The notes under the pieces were generated by a model that saw only the letters and a list, made by a program, of their open reading frames with translations, did not search any database and was not told the origin of the DNA. The translations under genes and the position numbers were made by a program. 64,000 nucleotides of DNA from Gnetum montanum (taxonomy: Eukaryota > Plantae > Gnetophyta), in NCBI GenBank assembly GCA_015680685.1, contig MNCI01000596.1:810612-874611 (forward strand), read 5' to 3'. This document shows, piece by piece, positions 11,883-24,649 of the stretch (position 1 is its first letter; each line of letters starts with the position of its first letter).

Positions 11883-14508
11883 ATGGCCCCAAAACACGAA
11901 CAACAAGAAGGTCCTGCTCAAGGTGGGAGCAAATGACCTAGGAGAGGTGAAGGACAACTTCCTGCTGGAAAACATGTAGAGCAAGAGGAACAATCATTTA
12001 GCATTCACCAAGAAGACCTTGCTACTATATAATCAAGGTAGGTAGAGGGAGGAACCGTTGTAGTGCCTAAATAGGGACAACATCTCATGTTGCCCCAAGA
12101 TTGTGTTTAGGCTATCCATGAAAGATCCATATTCACTGCGGTGATTGTGGAATTAAATTTTGAACCTTTTGCAGAGTTTTCTCTGAAGGTTGTTAGGGAT
12201 CACCTCAAAGGATCCCCATTATGGCCTATCCTCTCTAAAAGTGGTGCCTAGTACTTAGGGGAAACGTACCAATTTTTTCACAACAGAGAACAAGGCACCA
12301 TAGTTAACATGTGTGGTGTGACAGTTGATTTCTCTATTTAGGCCATTTTGAAAGTATTGAAAATTCTGAATATAGGGCCAAAGGTTGTTTAGTTATCTAC
12401 CCATTCAGACCTTGAGGCGTGATAAGTTCAGTTAGAAAGGACATATGGTGAGAAAGATAAGACGTTTGGAGAGTTGACGATGGAAGCGAGGATCTACTTC
12501 AAAATAGGGACTTATCACCTCTTCCCCACAAAGGACTTAAAAATAATTTCAACATATGAAGCAAGAATATGTGTAGTTTTGATAGGGGAAGGTTAATGCT
12601 AACCTACCTCATCTATATTTTACAAATATCCTAAGGCGGTTTGAAGAATGGAAGATAGGAAAGCTTGCGCTGCCCTTCCCTTGTCTTATTAGGAAGCTAT
12701 GCAGACGTGCTGGTATCAGAGGATACACCAATTATGTCCTCCAAAAATCTCAAAATGCTTCATATGTTGAACTATTAAAGCCACTGCCAAAAGATTACAA
12801 ACCATCGATGAGCCATCTTAGGGCCATTGCTGAGATGGTTAGTTGGGGAAGTCATAATGATGCAAATCTCTTCTCATCATTGATGATGCCATACAACCCA
12901 CAATTTTTTTGGATCATGCAAGGGAAGAAGTGTCATTTCATACAAGAGGAGAGGAGAGCACTTGATCACAAGAGATCCTGGGGAATGCTGCATCTTTTCA
13001 AGTGCAATTGGAAACTGGTGAAGAGGCCACAGTGATGTTCATGCAGCACTAGGATGTAGTAGGAGCTATAGAAGTGGTCACAGACCACATTAAGGAATCA
13101 TTCAATGTACTTGTTGTGCCATTGGAAAACCTTATAGGAGCACGGGATGCTTAAACTCTTGTTGGAACCTCAATGACTCCTATGGAACATGAGGATGTAC
13201 TTGATCGATTGCTACAAACAGGACAAGTAATGACGTCCCTATTTCACATCCCTCAGGATGTTACGGTAATTCAATCAGACCTCTTATCCACCAAAGGAAA
13301 TTTGATCTTGACAGAGATGAGGGCTGAGCACACTAAAGTAGAGGTGCAAAAACTGCAAGAAAGGTTCATGGCCCTACAGTCAGTACAGCGGGACCCTTTG
13401 CAATTGGTTCCTGCAGACTAGTTGGACACTTTCAAAACTGAGCAACTAACCAAACTACTAATAGAGAATAAGAAGGTGGTAGAAGAAAAAGAGAAGGCTA
13501 TTTGGGATGCCTCTACAACATAGGTGCAAACTTATGCACATACCAAGGCACTCAAGCCCTTACAAGAGGAAAACAAGTAGCTTGTTGCTGACAACCTTCG
13601 ATTGACCTCTGTGGAAAAGCAAAAGAATGTTCTCAAAGAACATTTTCAGCAATTATGAGAAAAATTCATCTGGGTCAACCAAGACATGAACCGTTTGGCC
13701 AGAGAAAATAGAACCCTCTCAATGGAGGAGGTGTGCACCATTCACCAAAAGATGGCTATTGAAATAAGCGCGTGGAAAAATGAGGATAAACAATATGAAA
13801 AGCTAAAGGAGCACTTTCGGGACCAGGTGGGGATGTATAAGAAGATCATTGAAAAGGAGATCCATATGGCCAAGGCCCAAATCAATGCTATCAGTGCTCA
13901 ACACACTGACTAGCGGGCCATACCAGACACATATGCACTTGCCCACTAGGCAGAAGTTAAGAAGTAGGACCTGTAGATCCAGGATCTTATAGAATACATG
14001 GAGTTGGGAAACCTACGGTATTCCAACCTTGCCATGTTAAGAACAAGGTACCTGAGAATAGAGCTCGAGTAACAGGTAGCCACCACCTACATCAAATATG
14101 AAATAGAATTTGCAGAACATAAGAAGATATTGCAAAACTGGAGATTGCAAATTCTGAACTTGAGGTGGTTAAAGCAAGCTACCAGGGATAAAAGGGTGTC
14201 ATAACAGACTTGGCTCAATGGCTTGCAGATTTTCAAGAATACAAAGATAAAGCCAGAGCCTATGAGGAGGAATGATGTGTGTTTGTGGCCTGGTATGTCA
14301 AGGAAAATCAAATGTTTTTGCAACTACCCTGCCCATGGGAGGTGTTGACTCCATCAAACATTGGAACATTAGCATGGACAACACAAGACCCCCGAACCAA
14401 AGAGGAGAAACTCTAGGCCATACTTCAGTGCCATCAAGTCCCAAGACCTAGAGCACAAAACAAGGAAAGGCACCCATGGAGGAGCCACCACCACCAAGAA
14501 CTACATGA
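11883..14508 (+). pseudogene. B1 ORF2: Athila env-like / Transposase_32-like domain plus long coiled coil, degenerate
   Basis: Acceptor GCTAAC..TTGCAG|ATG GCC CCA AAA. Motifs YLGETYQFFHN, VNMCGVTVDFS, ELTMEARIYFKI..LFPT and LPFPCLIRKLCRRAGI. E/K/Q-rich region about 13200-14150. Ends GKAPMEEPPPPRTT*. Confidence 0.8.
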
Positions 14509-14690
14509 GTTCCATCAATTTTGTAGCTATAGGATTTCCTTTTGCATTCTTTGTGTTGTGTCCCAATTTTATTCGATTTTCACACTACGACATGAACCCA
14601 TTCTTACTAGTCAATAATTCCATACCTATCCACCATGTAATCAATGGAGCTTGTTCTCACTATAACTCAAGGATGAGTTTTCATTTTTTT

Positions 14691-14699
14691 GTGGGGGTA
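14691..14699 (+). promoter_or_regulatory. B1 polypurine tract
   Basis: GTGGGGGTA directly before the 3' LTR. B2 has GTGAGGGTA at the same position. Confidence 0.65.
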
Positions 14700-15519
14700 T
14701 GATGAGTTATCATTTTGTTGGCTGCAATATCACATATGTGATATCGCGTATGCGATATCATGTACACGATATCATAGCTTGTCTCCTCATCTATAAATAA
14801 GAGGTAGATAGTTTGGGTCCTTATTTTTTTGGATTTTCTTTTAAGTGTTAGTTTTAAGTAGTTCTTCTCTTAACCCTTTTTCTCCTAGTGCATGCCCGCA
14901 GTGTGGTGATTGGAATTGTACAACATCCTTATTCGAGTGTGACATACTTGGACATGCACATGACCAGCAATAAAGATTGAGATTACTTCATCATTACAGC
15001 ATCCACTTAGCTTAATTATTTATTTAATTATTATTTATTGATTTCTTAGTTAACATATTATTACCCTAAACTCCTGTTAAACATGGAATGAGTACAACTT
15101 GATCATGAGCATTTAAGTGTGACTACTTGGTAACCTAGTAGCGTACCTAGGATCTGTGCTTGGTAATCCTAGTGGTAGTTGTGCACGAGGTCTAAGATGT
15201 GTACAGATGATTGAGGAATGAATTCTCATCACACTTAGGCTAGCTTAGATTCTCTCTCACCCTCTCTCTCTTAGCTTAGTTAATATTATTTTCCATTATC
15301 TTCAGGAGTAGCAGTAGTATAGGAACACATCATACACCTCACTCTAGACTAAAGCATACGTGAAAAAGTTAACACTAGTCTAGATGGGAAGACAACAAAT
15401 TGTGACCTAAGAATAACTATTTAGATACCACAACTAGTCCATCTGTGAAGTTCGATTGCATTGTGTGTAAAACACTCATATTCATATGGTTGAGTGTAGG
15501 GGTACCTCACCACTCATTA
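14700..15519 (+). repeat. B1 3' LTR (820 bp)
   Basis: Direct repeat of 7100-7893, followed by TSD GTCCT. Confidence 0.95.
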
Positions 15520-16955
15520 GTCCTTCATCTACAAAAGGTTTCAAAAGCTTGTATATGATTAGCACAACCTCTTCTACATTGTTCATTTTGGGCTTCCTAC
15601 TTGATGTTCCCTTTCCATTTGACATGATTGCCAAAATAACAATTGTTCTGCCTTAGCCTATTTTTGACAAAAGCTAAAATCTTCACTTCTATTGCAATTT
15701 CACTATGCTCAGAGATGGATGGATGTAGGAATCACTTGAAAATACCATGTATTTGAGCTTTAATAGCCAAGCCTTACTTCCAAATGCTGCCCTAGCGAGA
15801 TCAAGGTAGTAATGGATGCATACGCTAAATGCTATTTCTTGAAACCCTCTTGTAGTACTTATGCACTATGGGTGTAAACTTGGGATGTTAGGAAACTTAC
15901 CTAAGACATAGTAAACTAAGTATTCATAATAGAAAAGAACCTATATGTTGGGTATGTTTGAGGTAGTCACTTATGAAGTATTTTGACCATGGGTGGGTCC
16001 TATAGGGCTTAAATAAAAATATAATACTAAAAAATTCAAAATGATAGGGTTTCATTTCAAAAAATGATCACATGTTGTGGGATCATGCCCTATAGTTTGT
16101 GAAGCTTGTAATGTAGTGTGTGAAATATCAACCACTATTTGGATTAACTCTCACACTTCAAACCTAGCATGGGATGATTAGTAGAAATCCAAATCACCTC
16201 AAAACCATAGATGTTGTCATAGGAGCTTCTAAATGCTAGAAACAAAGTTAAGATAGCCCAAGAAAATATTATAACTACCTCATACACTAGATACATGCAC
16301 CTCACACGTTGGCCAATGTGTGGCACAATGTGTGGGCTCCAACAGTTTCATGTAGGGCCTCAAACAACCTTAATATTTGATAATCTCAACCTAAAAATTT
16401 AGCCAAAAATACTAATGGTTTCAAAGCTTTAAAAATCTAGTTAAAAAGACCCCACAAGTTGCCACACAAGCTATCAAGGTAGTTGCCACACACTCGCTAG
16501 CATGTGGACTAGCATGTAAGCCATAAATAGACTTTGTTCTAGTCTAAAATGCCCTTAGAAATACAATACAAGTTGTCAAACACTAGGTGTTGACACCAAT
16601 GACTCCAAGGACCAAAACACCAAGTTGAACAAGCATAAAATTAGTTAATTTTTATTCCACACATTAGGTACACAAGTTCCAAATGCTAGCTAACATGTGC
16701 AGTAGTGTGTGGAAGTTTTTGATAGATTCTCAACACTTAAAAATAGTCAAAATATGATTGGTAGGGCTTGGGAGTCCTAAAATGGAATTTAAGCTTTGAT
16801 TCCATCCTTTTAGAATAAGAAAAAAGTTGAATTTGACCCACACATGATAACCACATAGGCTCTACATGATGCCTAGTGTGTGGACTTCAATGGAGCCTTT
16901 ATTTGACTCATTTCAACTTCAAAATAACTATTTTTTGACATGAGAGCCTAAATGC

Positions 16956-18812
16956 CATAACATTCGAAAATGTTAGTGGCTTGAACACTGAGAGGTCCAT
17001 GGGCATACAACTTAACCCTAAATCTATGCAAGGGCTATGCTGGGGAAATGAAAATGAGGTGCCTTGAATGGTCTAGTCAATCGGACAGGGACTTACATGG
17101 TATTAAAATGACCATTTGTAAGAAGGGTTTGTGGAGTGTTACACGTGGGCATTGGGACAACAAGCAAGAGCGTAGTGGAGGATCCTAGCCAAAAAATAGT
17201 GACACGAGCATGAAAATATGTATTGACGGCAAAGAAATGCAAAATTTATGCTTAATATTAGAAATAAATGCCTAGAAAAGAAATGGAACAAAAGCTTAAG
17301 AGTAAAGAAATGCACTACCCCAAAGCTAGGGAGTGTAACTTTTGCTTAAACAAGAGGTGCGGTACGTGGTGTCAAGCAGGCATAGTGGCAACATAGTAGT
17401 GCAATCATAGTCTTTGGAACATCTAGGATGTAGAGCTAGTAGCTACAAGGGAGGCTAAACATGTTGGATTGGCTATTGCTACATTCTACAGGTGCAATGA
17501 TAGATTGTGTCGCGGTACTCACCAAGGTGTGAAGCTCAGATGCTTAGATGTGGAAGTGTCAAGGATGGTTGGAATGCTCAAATGCTCAATGCTCTTTTTA
17601 TTTTCAAACCCCTAAAGTACTGAATTTTGTGGTATTTATAGAGCTAGGTTTAGTATGAAATGCAGATTAGGCACCATGTGGCATGGGTACCATGTGACAT
17701 GAGCATAGATAGGGTTACGTTGACATGTTACACTCACACGAGAGTAGCATAGTGTTATGTTCTGAAGGATAGTAACAGGTACCTAGAGATTACCAAACTA
17801 TGACCACACTACCTAGAATACATGTGCCAGAGTCTGAGAAATCATAATGTACCTACAAATAGTGTCAAAATAATGCAACTTGGAGACTATGCTCTAGGAC
17901 TACATCTTCCCCATCTTTTGAGTAGGGTTAAGCATAAAGACAATTTTGGGGATCAATGGGGGTGAAAAAGAAATGCAAACTATTGATCTTGGCTACTAAA
18001 GGAACATCAAAGCTAAGATGAAGGTTAATGCTAAGTTTTAGAGGCTTTTGGAGGCTATCAGAGGCTTTTTCTTGGTGTCAAGTTGGCTACACTCTAGAGC
18101 GTAGCATAACACTTAGTGAACTTTTGCAAAATTTTGATTTACTACATTAGTTATGCTAGATATGTTGCAAAGTGTAGTAAGGAAAATTTAACAAATTTTG
18201 ATGAAACTTGCAATCTTCCTCCATGGCATGCTAGCTACACTCTGGGATGTAGCAAGATAGGTAGCCTTAGAAGCCAGGAAATGTATCAAATGCATCTTTC
18301 ATGTCAAACTAGCTTGACAAATCCTGGGTCATGCTCACTACATTGTGTAGCATAGTAGCCCAAAGATAGAAAATTTGCTGAACTATTTTTTCCATATTGA
18401 GCACTTTTGACAGACTCTAGCCTAGTATTTGGGTGAACTGGCAACTAGGACATGTGTTAAGTTGGGTACAATAGGGAGCATAGCAAGCTTGATAGCCTAG
18501 GAGATAGAAAATTTGCCAAACTATTTAGTCCATCCCAAGTAACCCTTGACCACTCCTAGCTTGACACTTGGGCAAATTGGCCATGGAAATGTGTGCTATG
18601 CTAGCTACAATGGGAGCATGGTAGGAAACTTAGAAAAATTCTCATGAAATTGCTATTGACACTTAGAAAAATCTTACAAAAATAGGGCTGAATTTGTGCT
18701 ATGCTATGTCTGTTGTAGAGCATAACACCAACACTTAGAAAAAATTAGCCAAGTTTTGACACTTAGATAACTTTTTTGTTGAACTGTAGAAGCCTGAATT
18801 GGTGGTGTTTCA
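16956..18812 (-). repeat. D1 3' LTR (about 1.86 kb)
   Basis: Direct repeat of 60507-62388. Starts TGAAACACC on minus, with CTATAAATAC on minus near 17633-17642. Confidence 0.92.
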
Positions 18813-18828
18813 TTGGCCCCTCTTTGTT
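18813..18828 (-). promoter_or_regulatory. D1 polypurine tract
   Basis: AACAAAGAGGGGCCAA on minus directly before the 3' LTR, the same as in C1. Confidence 0.85.
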
Positions 18829-19784
18829 GATGTTTAAAGGATTGACTCAAGAGACGTCGACAAAGAATATGAAACACAACAATGAACATGAAACCAACAC
18901 CACTTGTTAGAGCCCCATTATACAATGCTTTACTATGCTTAAGAGTGACAAGGAGATGAAGTATGGTAGGGAATAGGTTAGGGAGACAAGTCAAGGGACA
19001 ACGGATGGAGAGGATGTTCACTGTTATATGTAACTATAGGATGCAACATTATGATGGCTTGTTGCTAAAGCATGATCCCTTGTTAGAGTGCTTATGAGGG
19101 AGTTAGCATGCAGAGGGGGCCTACCCTTAGGATTTTGACCTCTCATTGAAATGCTTATGAGATGCTCAATTTGGGGCTAGACCGATTGCGAAATGGAAAC
19201 TGTGCTATTTGACTTGGGTACTTGGCTTGTCCCATTTTTCTCTTGTTTTTTTTGTTTTTTTTCTTTCTCTCTTTTCTTTTTGTTTCACTTTGCCTTTTTT
19301 CTGTGTTTTTGGACAAACTATGCATCACTTGACAAAATTTTCCTAGAGGCAACTGCATCGTATTTGTAGAATAGGAGTTTCCTCCTTGGGATGAGTTGTG
19401 TTACATCTATTTGGGGCTTTGACCAGCCCACAAAAGCTTCCCATGGAATGAGTTGCATTATGCCTATTATGGGTTCAGTGGTTAACTATAGGAAATGTTC
19501 TATAGGGAAGCTTATAGGGAATGTGGGAAAATGCAAGATCAAGAGGTAGAGGTCAATTGTCTAGAGGGATAGTAGGAAAGTGCACTCTTAAGTAGCTTAG
19601 TGAGCCAAAGTAGACACATTAGAGTAGTGCAGTATCTTGCCACATTAGGTGATGGTGATGTAGGTGCTTGGGAGTTCTCACCAAAGGTAGGAGCCAAAAA
19701 ACCCAACAACATGGTAGGGAGCCACGGTACTGGATGCTATTCTAGGCTTAGGCAATGGTGAGAGCCAAAGGATGGTTCTCAACT

Positions 19785-20943
19785 AGTTGTTCTAAACCTC
19801 ATCAATGAAGCTTGAGAGGATCATGTGGAGTGATGGGACCTACAATTCAAGAGGAAACATTACTTCAGATCCATAGACAAGACTATATGGCATCTTACCT
19901 ATTGCTATTCTACATGTTGTACAATAGGCCCATAGCACATAGATTAGTTCCTCGTACCATCATCACTTGCTATTGTTAAGCATCCTCTTTAGAAGATTGA
20001 TGATGACCTTATTTGTAGCCTTCACTTGACCATTCGCCTATGGGTAGTATGATCATGAGAAGGATTGTTTAATGCCAAGGTTTTCGTAGAAGGCTTTAGT
20101 TTCTACACTGCTAAATTATGGTCCATTATCTATGACTATAGTTATGGGAAGACCAAATTGGGTCACTATGTTATCTAGGATGAATTTGCAAACCTAATAT
20201 GATGTTGTCTTCCTAAGGGAAAAGGCTTCAATCCACTTTGTAAAATATTTAGTTGTGGTAATGCTGAAGCTAGGTCCCCTAAAATACTTAGGCATTATAG
20301 GCCCTATGATATCCAACTGCCAATGTTGGAATGGCCACGTGATTTGCATAATATGCAGTTTAGTGGGTGGCACATGCATGAGGTTACTGTGTCATTGACA
20401 CATATCACATGTTCTAATCTTGGGGATGCAATTGTGCTTCATGTAAGGCCAATAATAGCCTAGATGTCTAATTTTTNATGCTTCATGTAAGGCCAATAAT
20501 AGCCTAGATGTCTAATTTTTACTACCATTGCCTTGGGGTCTATGTGGCCTTAGCATAGTCCCTCATAGACTTGGTTGATGATCTTTTTCATTTCATTACT
20601 GCTAACGAAAGTTAATAGTATTCCATCATAGGATCTACAACACAAGGTGCTATCACCTACAAGGACATACTACCATGATCACTTTCATACCACATATTTT
20701 TGGGTAGAGGTTAGATTTTGTGAAGGCTCCCCCTATTGGAGGTATGCCTTAATATCATCATACAACTCTTGGGTGTGAGCTATGATTATAGATGCAATGC
20801 TTGTTGCTTGAGTTATAGGTTTGATGCAATCCACTATCGAAGTAGGCAAAGTAGCAAACATGTTTGTCACTATGGTTAAGCCTAAAGTAGCTAATGTGTC
20901 AGCTATGGAATCTTCATTTTAGAGAATATGTTAGACATCTATG
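19785..20943 (-). pseudogene. D1 pol 3' part (end of aRH, integrase), INT C-terminus deleted
   Basis: WPFQHWQLDIIGP, YFTKWIEAF and NGQVKATNK. It continues the aRH frame across the C1 TSD. The GPF module is absent compared with C1. Confidence 0.88.
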
Positions 20944-23180
20944 TGTAGTGACCAAAAACATCAATGGCTGGAACACTTAGAGGTCACTAGGTGCACAGCC
21001 TAACCTCGGATCCACATGAGGGTCGTGCTAGAGAAAAATAGAAATGAGGTGCCTTGAACAATCTGGTCGATCAGACATGGACTTAAGAGGTGTACAATAA
21101 CCTTCCATAAACATGTTTTTTGAAGACATTATATATAACTTAAGCTATAAACATGAACTTATAAGCAATGATGCGAGACATGGAAACAACAAAAAAAAAT
21201 GAAACAAGCTTGAGTGAGAGAGTGCACCACCCTGAGATTGGGGGATCTGATCTTTGTTTGGTTGAAAGGTGTAAAAATAATGTGTAGTATGGGTAGGCAC
21301 AACTTACAATGAGGTAATATGATCATAGCTCCTTGAACTACTGTCAACAGCTTGCTAACAAAAACTCTCTGCTTGCTAGTCTCTTTACTACAACTAATCG
21401 CGAGAAAGCCAAAATGCCAAAATGCCAATCCTCGAAGCCAATTGTCAGAAAAGTGTTCTCCAAGCCAACAATGCCAGAAGCTAACCTTAAAAGCCAACCC
21501 CTTGAATGTTGTTTCCCAGGGTATTTATAGAGTCAGATGCAGGAGAGAAATTTGGTTTGGATGCCACATGTCCCAGGTCCCATAGAGTGCAAAATTGATT
21601 ATGCTATGCTGCTATGTAATGTTGAATGTGAAACCTACTACACTGTGACCATACCGCTCAAATTGCATGTGCCAAAATCCAGTGAACTACCATGTTTTTT
21701 ACAAGGAATGCTAACAATGAATGCAAAGTGGAGCCTGTGCTCCAGGCCTATGTCTACCCTATTGTTGTGAGCAGGGTCAAGCATAGGGAAAACTTTGGGG
21801 ACAATCATAGGGGTGAAAAACAAAGCAAACTTGCTAATTTTATCCATTAAAGGAATGCCAGGATGGGAGTGAGCATTGCCAAAAAGTTCTAGAGTTAACC
21901 GGAGGCATCCTGATGCTTCCATAGGAATGTTATGCTACTTACGCTACCTAGCGTATGGGCGTAGTGTAAACACCCACACGCTAGGCTGCACTACACTATG
22001 TAGTGTAGCTACTAGTCTTGAGAGAAATTTTGCCCTAAAGCTGAAAATACCTATCTGAGGCCTGGCTAGGCAAGAAAATTCTAAGATTGAAAACCCTATC
22101 TTCCATGTTGAAAGGTCTTGAGACTTGCAAAGTTCAACCTTTAGACACTTTTGTGCTTTGTGTTCTTGCTACGCTATGCTACGATGTGTAGCATAGCACA
22201 GCGTAGCAGTCAATGTGACATGAATTCCTATTTGATCTACAATGCTTTGTCAAGAAATCTTGCTTGGGACCTGAGGGACGAAGTGGGACAAGTAGTCTCG
22301 AAGGTCTAAATGTGGCCAAGTGTAGTCCCTTTGCTAGGAACCACTTAGCAGGGGACCTTTGTTCATTCTGACCCTACTACACTATGCTACGTTGTGTAGT
22401 GTAGCACAATGTAGCACTCGGTTTGGCTCAAATTTTGACTTACTTTGCAAAAATTTTATCATAGCATGTTAGTCATGTCTTGGTGTGGCAACAAAACAAA
22501 CTTATCTGATGGTTAAAGCATCAGCAAATATGCTTACTCCATCAGAGCCATCTGAGTAGGAGTATTGTTAGAGTACATTCCTACTACGCTGTGCTACGTT
22601 GCATGGCATAGCACTCAAATTGAAATGACTTCTGACAAAACTTACCACATTTTGCTGCATCATTTTGCTCATGCATTAAGGATGAAGAGGGGTGGATATC
22701 CCAGAGAACCGAGTCATTGTCAATCTGCACCTTGGGTGCTTGATCAGTCTTCCTAAGGCTTGCTACACTGTGCAGCATAGCAGGTCTCATAGTTAAAAAA
22801 CTTGTTGAACTGTTTCACTCATCCTAAACACCTTCAGTAACTCCTAGCATGGTCCCTAGGTAGACTGTCAATCGGGTCAAGTGTCAAGCTGGGCAAGCTA
22901 GGGTGTGTAGCAAGCCTATTAGCCCAGGAGATAGAAAATTTGCTGGATTGTATAGTCTACCCCTAGTGCCTTTTCATGCAAACTAGCTCTGTGGTTGGGT
23001 GCTACATTAACTGTGCTGTAGAGGGTGGAAGATAAGCTCAGAAGTGACTTTGCAGGCATTAGCACTTCCAAGGTGTCATGTTGTTTGCACGGTTTGGTGT
23101 GACACCGCACTTGTAGAGATCCTTGTCCAAATTTTGGGATTGTGCTAAATCATCAGAGTCCCAAAATCTATGGTGTTTCA
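20944..23180 (-). repeat. C1 3' LTR (about 2.24 kb)
   Basis: Direct repeat of 37486-39715, TGAAACACC..ACTACA on minus, CTATAAATAC on minus near 21521-21530. Confidence 0.95.
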
Positions 23181-23196
23181 ATGGCCCCTCTTTGTT
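23181..23196 (-). promoter_or_regulatory. C1 polypurine tract
   Basis: AACAAAGAGGGGCCAT on minus, adjacent to the 3' LTR. Confidence 0.85.
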
Positions 23197-23572
23197 GAAG
23201 TTTGGAGGATTTTCCTGAGAGATGTTGACAAAGAATAAAGAACACCATGAAGAAAAAAACACCAACATCACTCTTTAGTGCTCGTTCAGATGGCACTTTC
23301 CTACATTTCAGAGTGCTTGGAGGGTAATGTAGAATAAAGGGGAAAGGAATAGTTTTGAGGAAACAAGTTTGGGGAAGGGATGAATGTAACATATGACATT
23401 TTATAGAACTATTTCCATAGCATGATCCCTTGTTGAAATTCTTGTGAGGAAGTTAGCGTGCATGGGTATCTTTCTTTGTTGGCCTTTAACCTCTCATCAA
23501 AGTGCTTAGAGATCATGGATTGATGGTTGAAGCAATTGTAAAGCAGTTGCGATGTTATTTGTTTTAGGCACT

Positions 23573-23597
23573 TGTGTGTGTGTGTGTGTGTGTGTGT
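23573..23597. repeat. (TG)12 microsatellite
   Basis: Direct reading. Confidence 0.95.
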
Positions 23598-24649
23598 TTT
23601 TCTTTTTCTTTTTGCTATTTTGCATTTTTGTGCTTTTCCTTTGCTGCACTTCCACGTTCACTTGCAAAAAACCTTGTTGTTGTTGCAGGATATGTATTTC
23701 CTTCCCAAGATGAGTTGCGTTACATCCATGTGAGGCTTTGACGTGCTTGCAGATGCTTCCCATGGGGCAAGTTGCATTACACGCATCATGGACTTGGCGG
23801 TTGGGCATATGAAAAGATATTGTGTTTTGGAAAAGCATATAAAGGGGATATAAGAAAATGCAAGCATAGGGGAAGAGGCTTAAGTTGGCTGAGAGGGAGG
23901 GTAGGGTATGCACTCTCAAGTAGCTAGGCTAATAGAAGTAGGTACTTTGGAGCAATGTAGTGCCTTGCTCTCATGGTGAAAGACATCCTTGAACAACACC
24001 ATCTTGGCTTTTTATCCTGCAAGCACAACAGAGAGAAAATTAGAAAAAGCAACCATGAAGTGAAGTGAGGGCAAGGTCCTGCTTGCTCTAGACATTACCA
24101 GGGTGGAAAGTGCTATGTGTAACATGCACAATGTCCAAAGTAGGAAGGATAGCATAGGTTTTGGTAGTGGTAGGCTGGAAAGGTTGGCACTGAAAAAGCT
24201 AGGAGTGGTGGTGATGCAGGTGCTCAGGATTTCCTTGCCCAATGCAAACATCATGCTGTCTAGCTGGAAGGTGAGAAGCTTAATAGCTAAATGCCTTTTG
24301 GGCTTGGATGATGGTAAGGGCTAGAGGATGGTAACCTTGCGGCTAGGCCATAATAATGCTAGGCCTCTAGTAGCAGGTGTTGATAGTGGAAGCTACGAGC
24401 AAGATGATTGGCAGTGGTAGCGGTAGCTCTGAAAGATCAGCAAGATGTCTAGCAACATCTCCAGAGGATCAACAAGATGCCAGGGGTGATGACGTTGCAT
24501 GTGTTCCAGAGGGTTTTTCCTTAGCAACATGAACTACATTCTAGAACTACAATGTCCCACCCTGTGTTGTCCAAGAAGTTTGGAAGTGTGCATGCTTGCT
24601 TGTTCATGAGAGTCACATGTGTGTGCTAGGAAGCATTGCACTACGAACC

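Larger units (their letters stand above)
7100..15519 (+). mobile_element. Element B1: non-autonomous Athila-like LTR retrotransposon (gag plus ORF2, no pol)
   Basis: Two LTRs, TSD GTCCT (7095-7099 and 15520-15524), termini TGATGAGT..ACTCAT(C/T)A, tRNA-Asp-type PBS and a PPT. Confidence 0.95.
3630..15706 (-). pseudogene. A1 antisense multi-exon gene (FCP1/NIF-like plus PMD/Transposase_32-like), exon 1 split by B1
   Basis: Exon 1 runs 15706-15520 plus 7099-7077 (..NNVEEVVLIIYKLLKPFVDEGPSSRMT, donor AG|GTACC). Exon 2 is 5726-5271 (KPILIVIELVGILC..KEFLMYFLQNYCVIMWSH..NILMIDH..NPHGT), exon 3 about 5177-4921, exon 4 about 4835-3819 (HINEFTFSDLFGI..EMEEWI). The 3' end is approximate. Confidence 0.75.

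Noticed and set aside
12775-12800. About 140-bp deletion in B1 ORF2 relative to B2 (about 50990-51150)
   Set aside because: It affects a low-complexity linker and looks like ordinary decay.
11883-14508. ORF2 as a true envelope glycoprotein
   Set aside because: I saw no signal peptide or convincing transmembrane segment in the conserved frame. The env-like label is positional only.
20435-20520. Perfect 42-bp duplication flanking the single N at 20477
   Set aside because: This is the signature of an unmerged contig overlap at a scaffold gap, not biology.
21159-23110. Short ORFs inside the C1 LTR
   Set aside because: They show no recognisable motifs and are mostly not preserved as open frames in the partner LTR.
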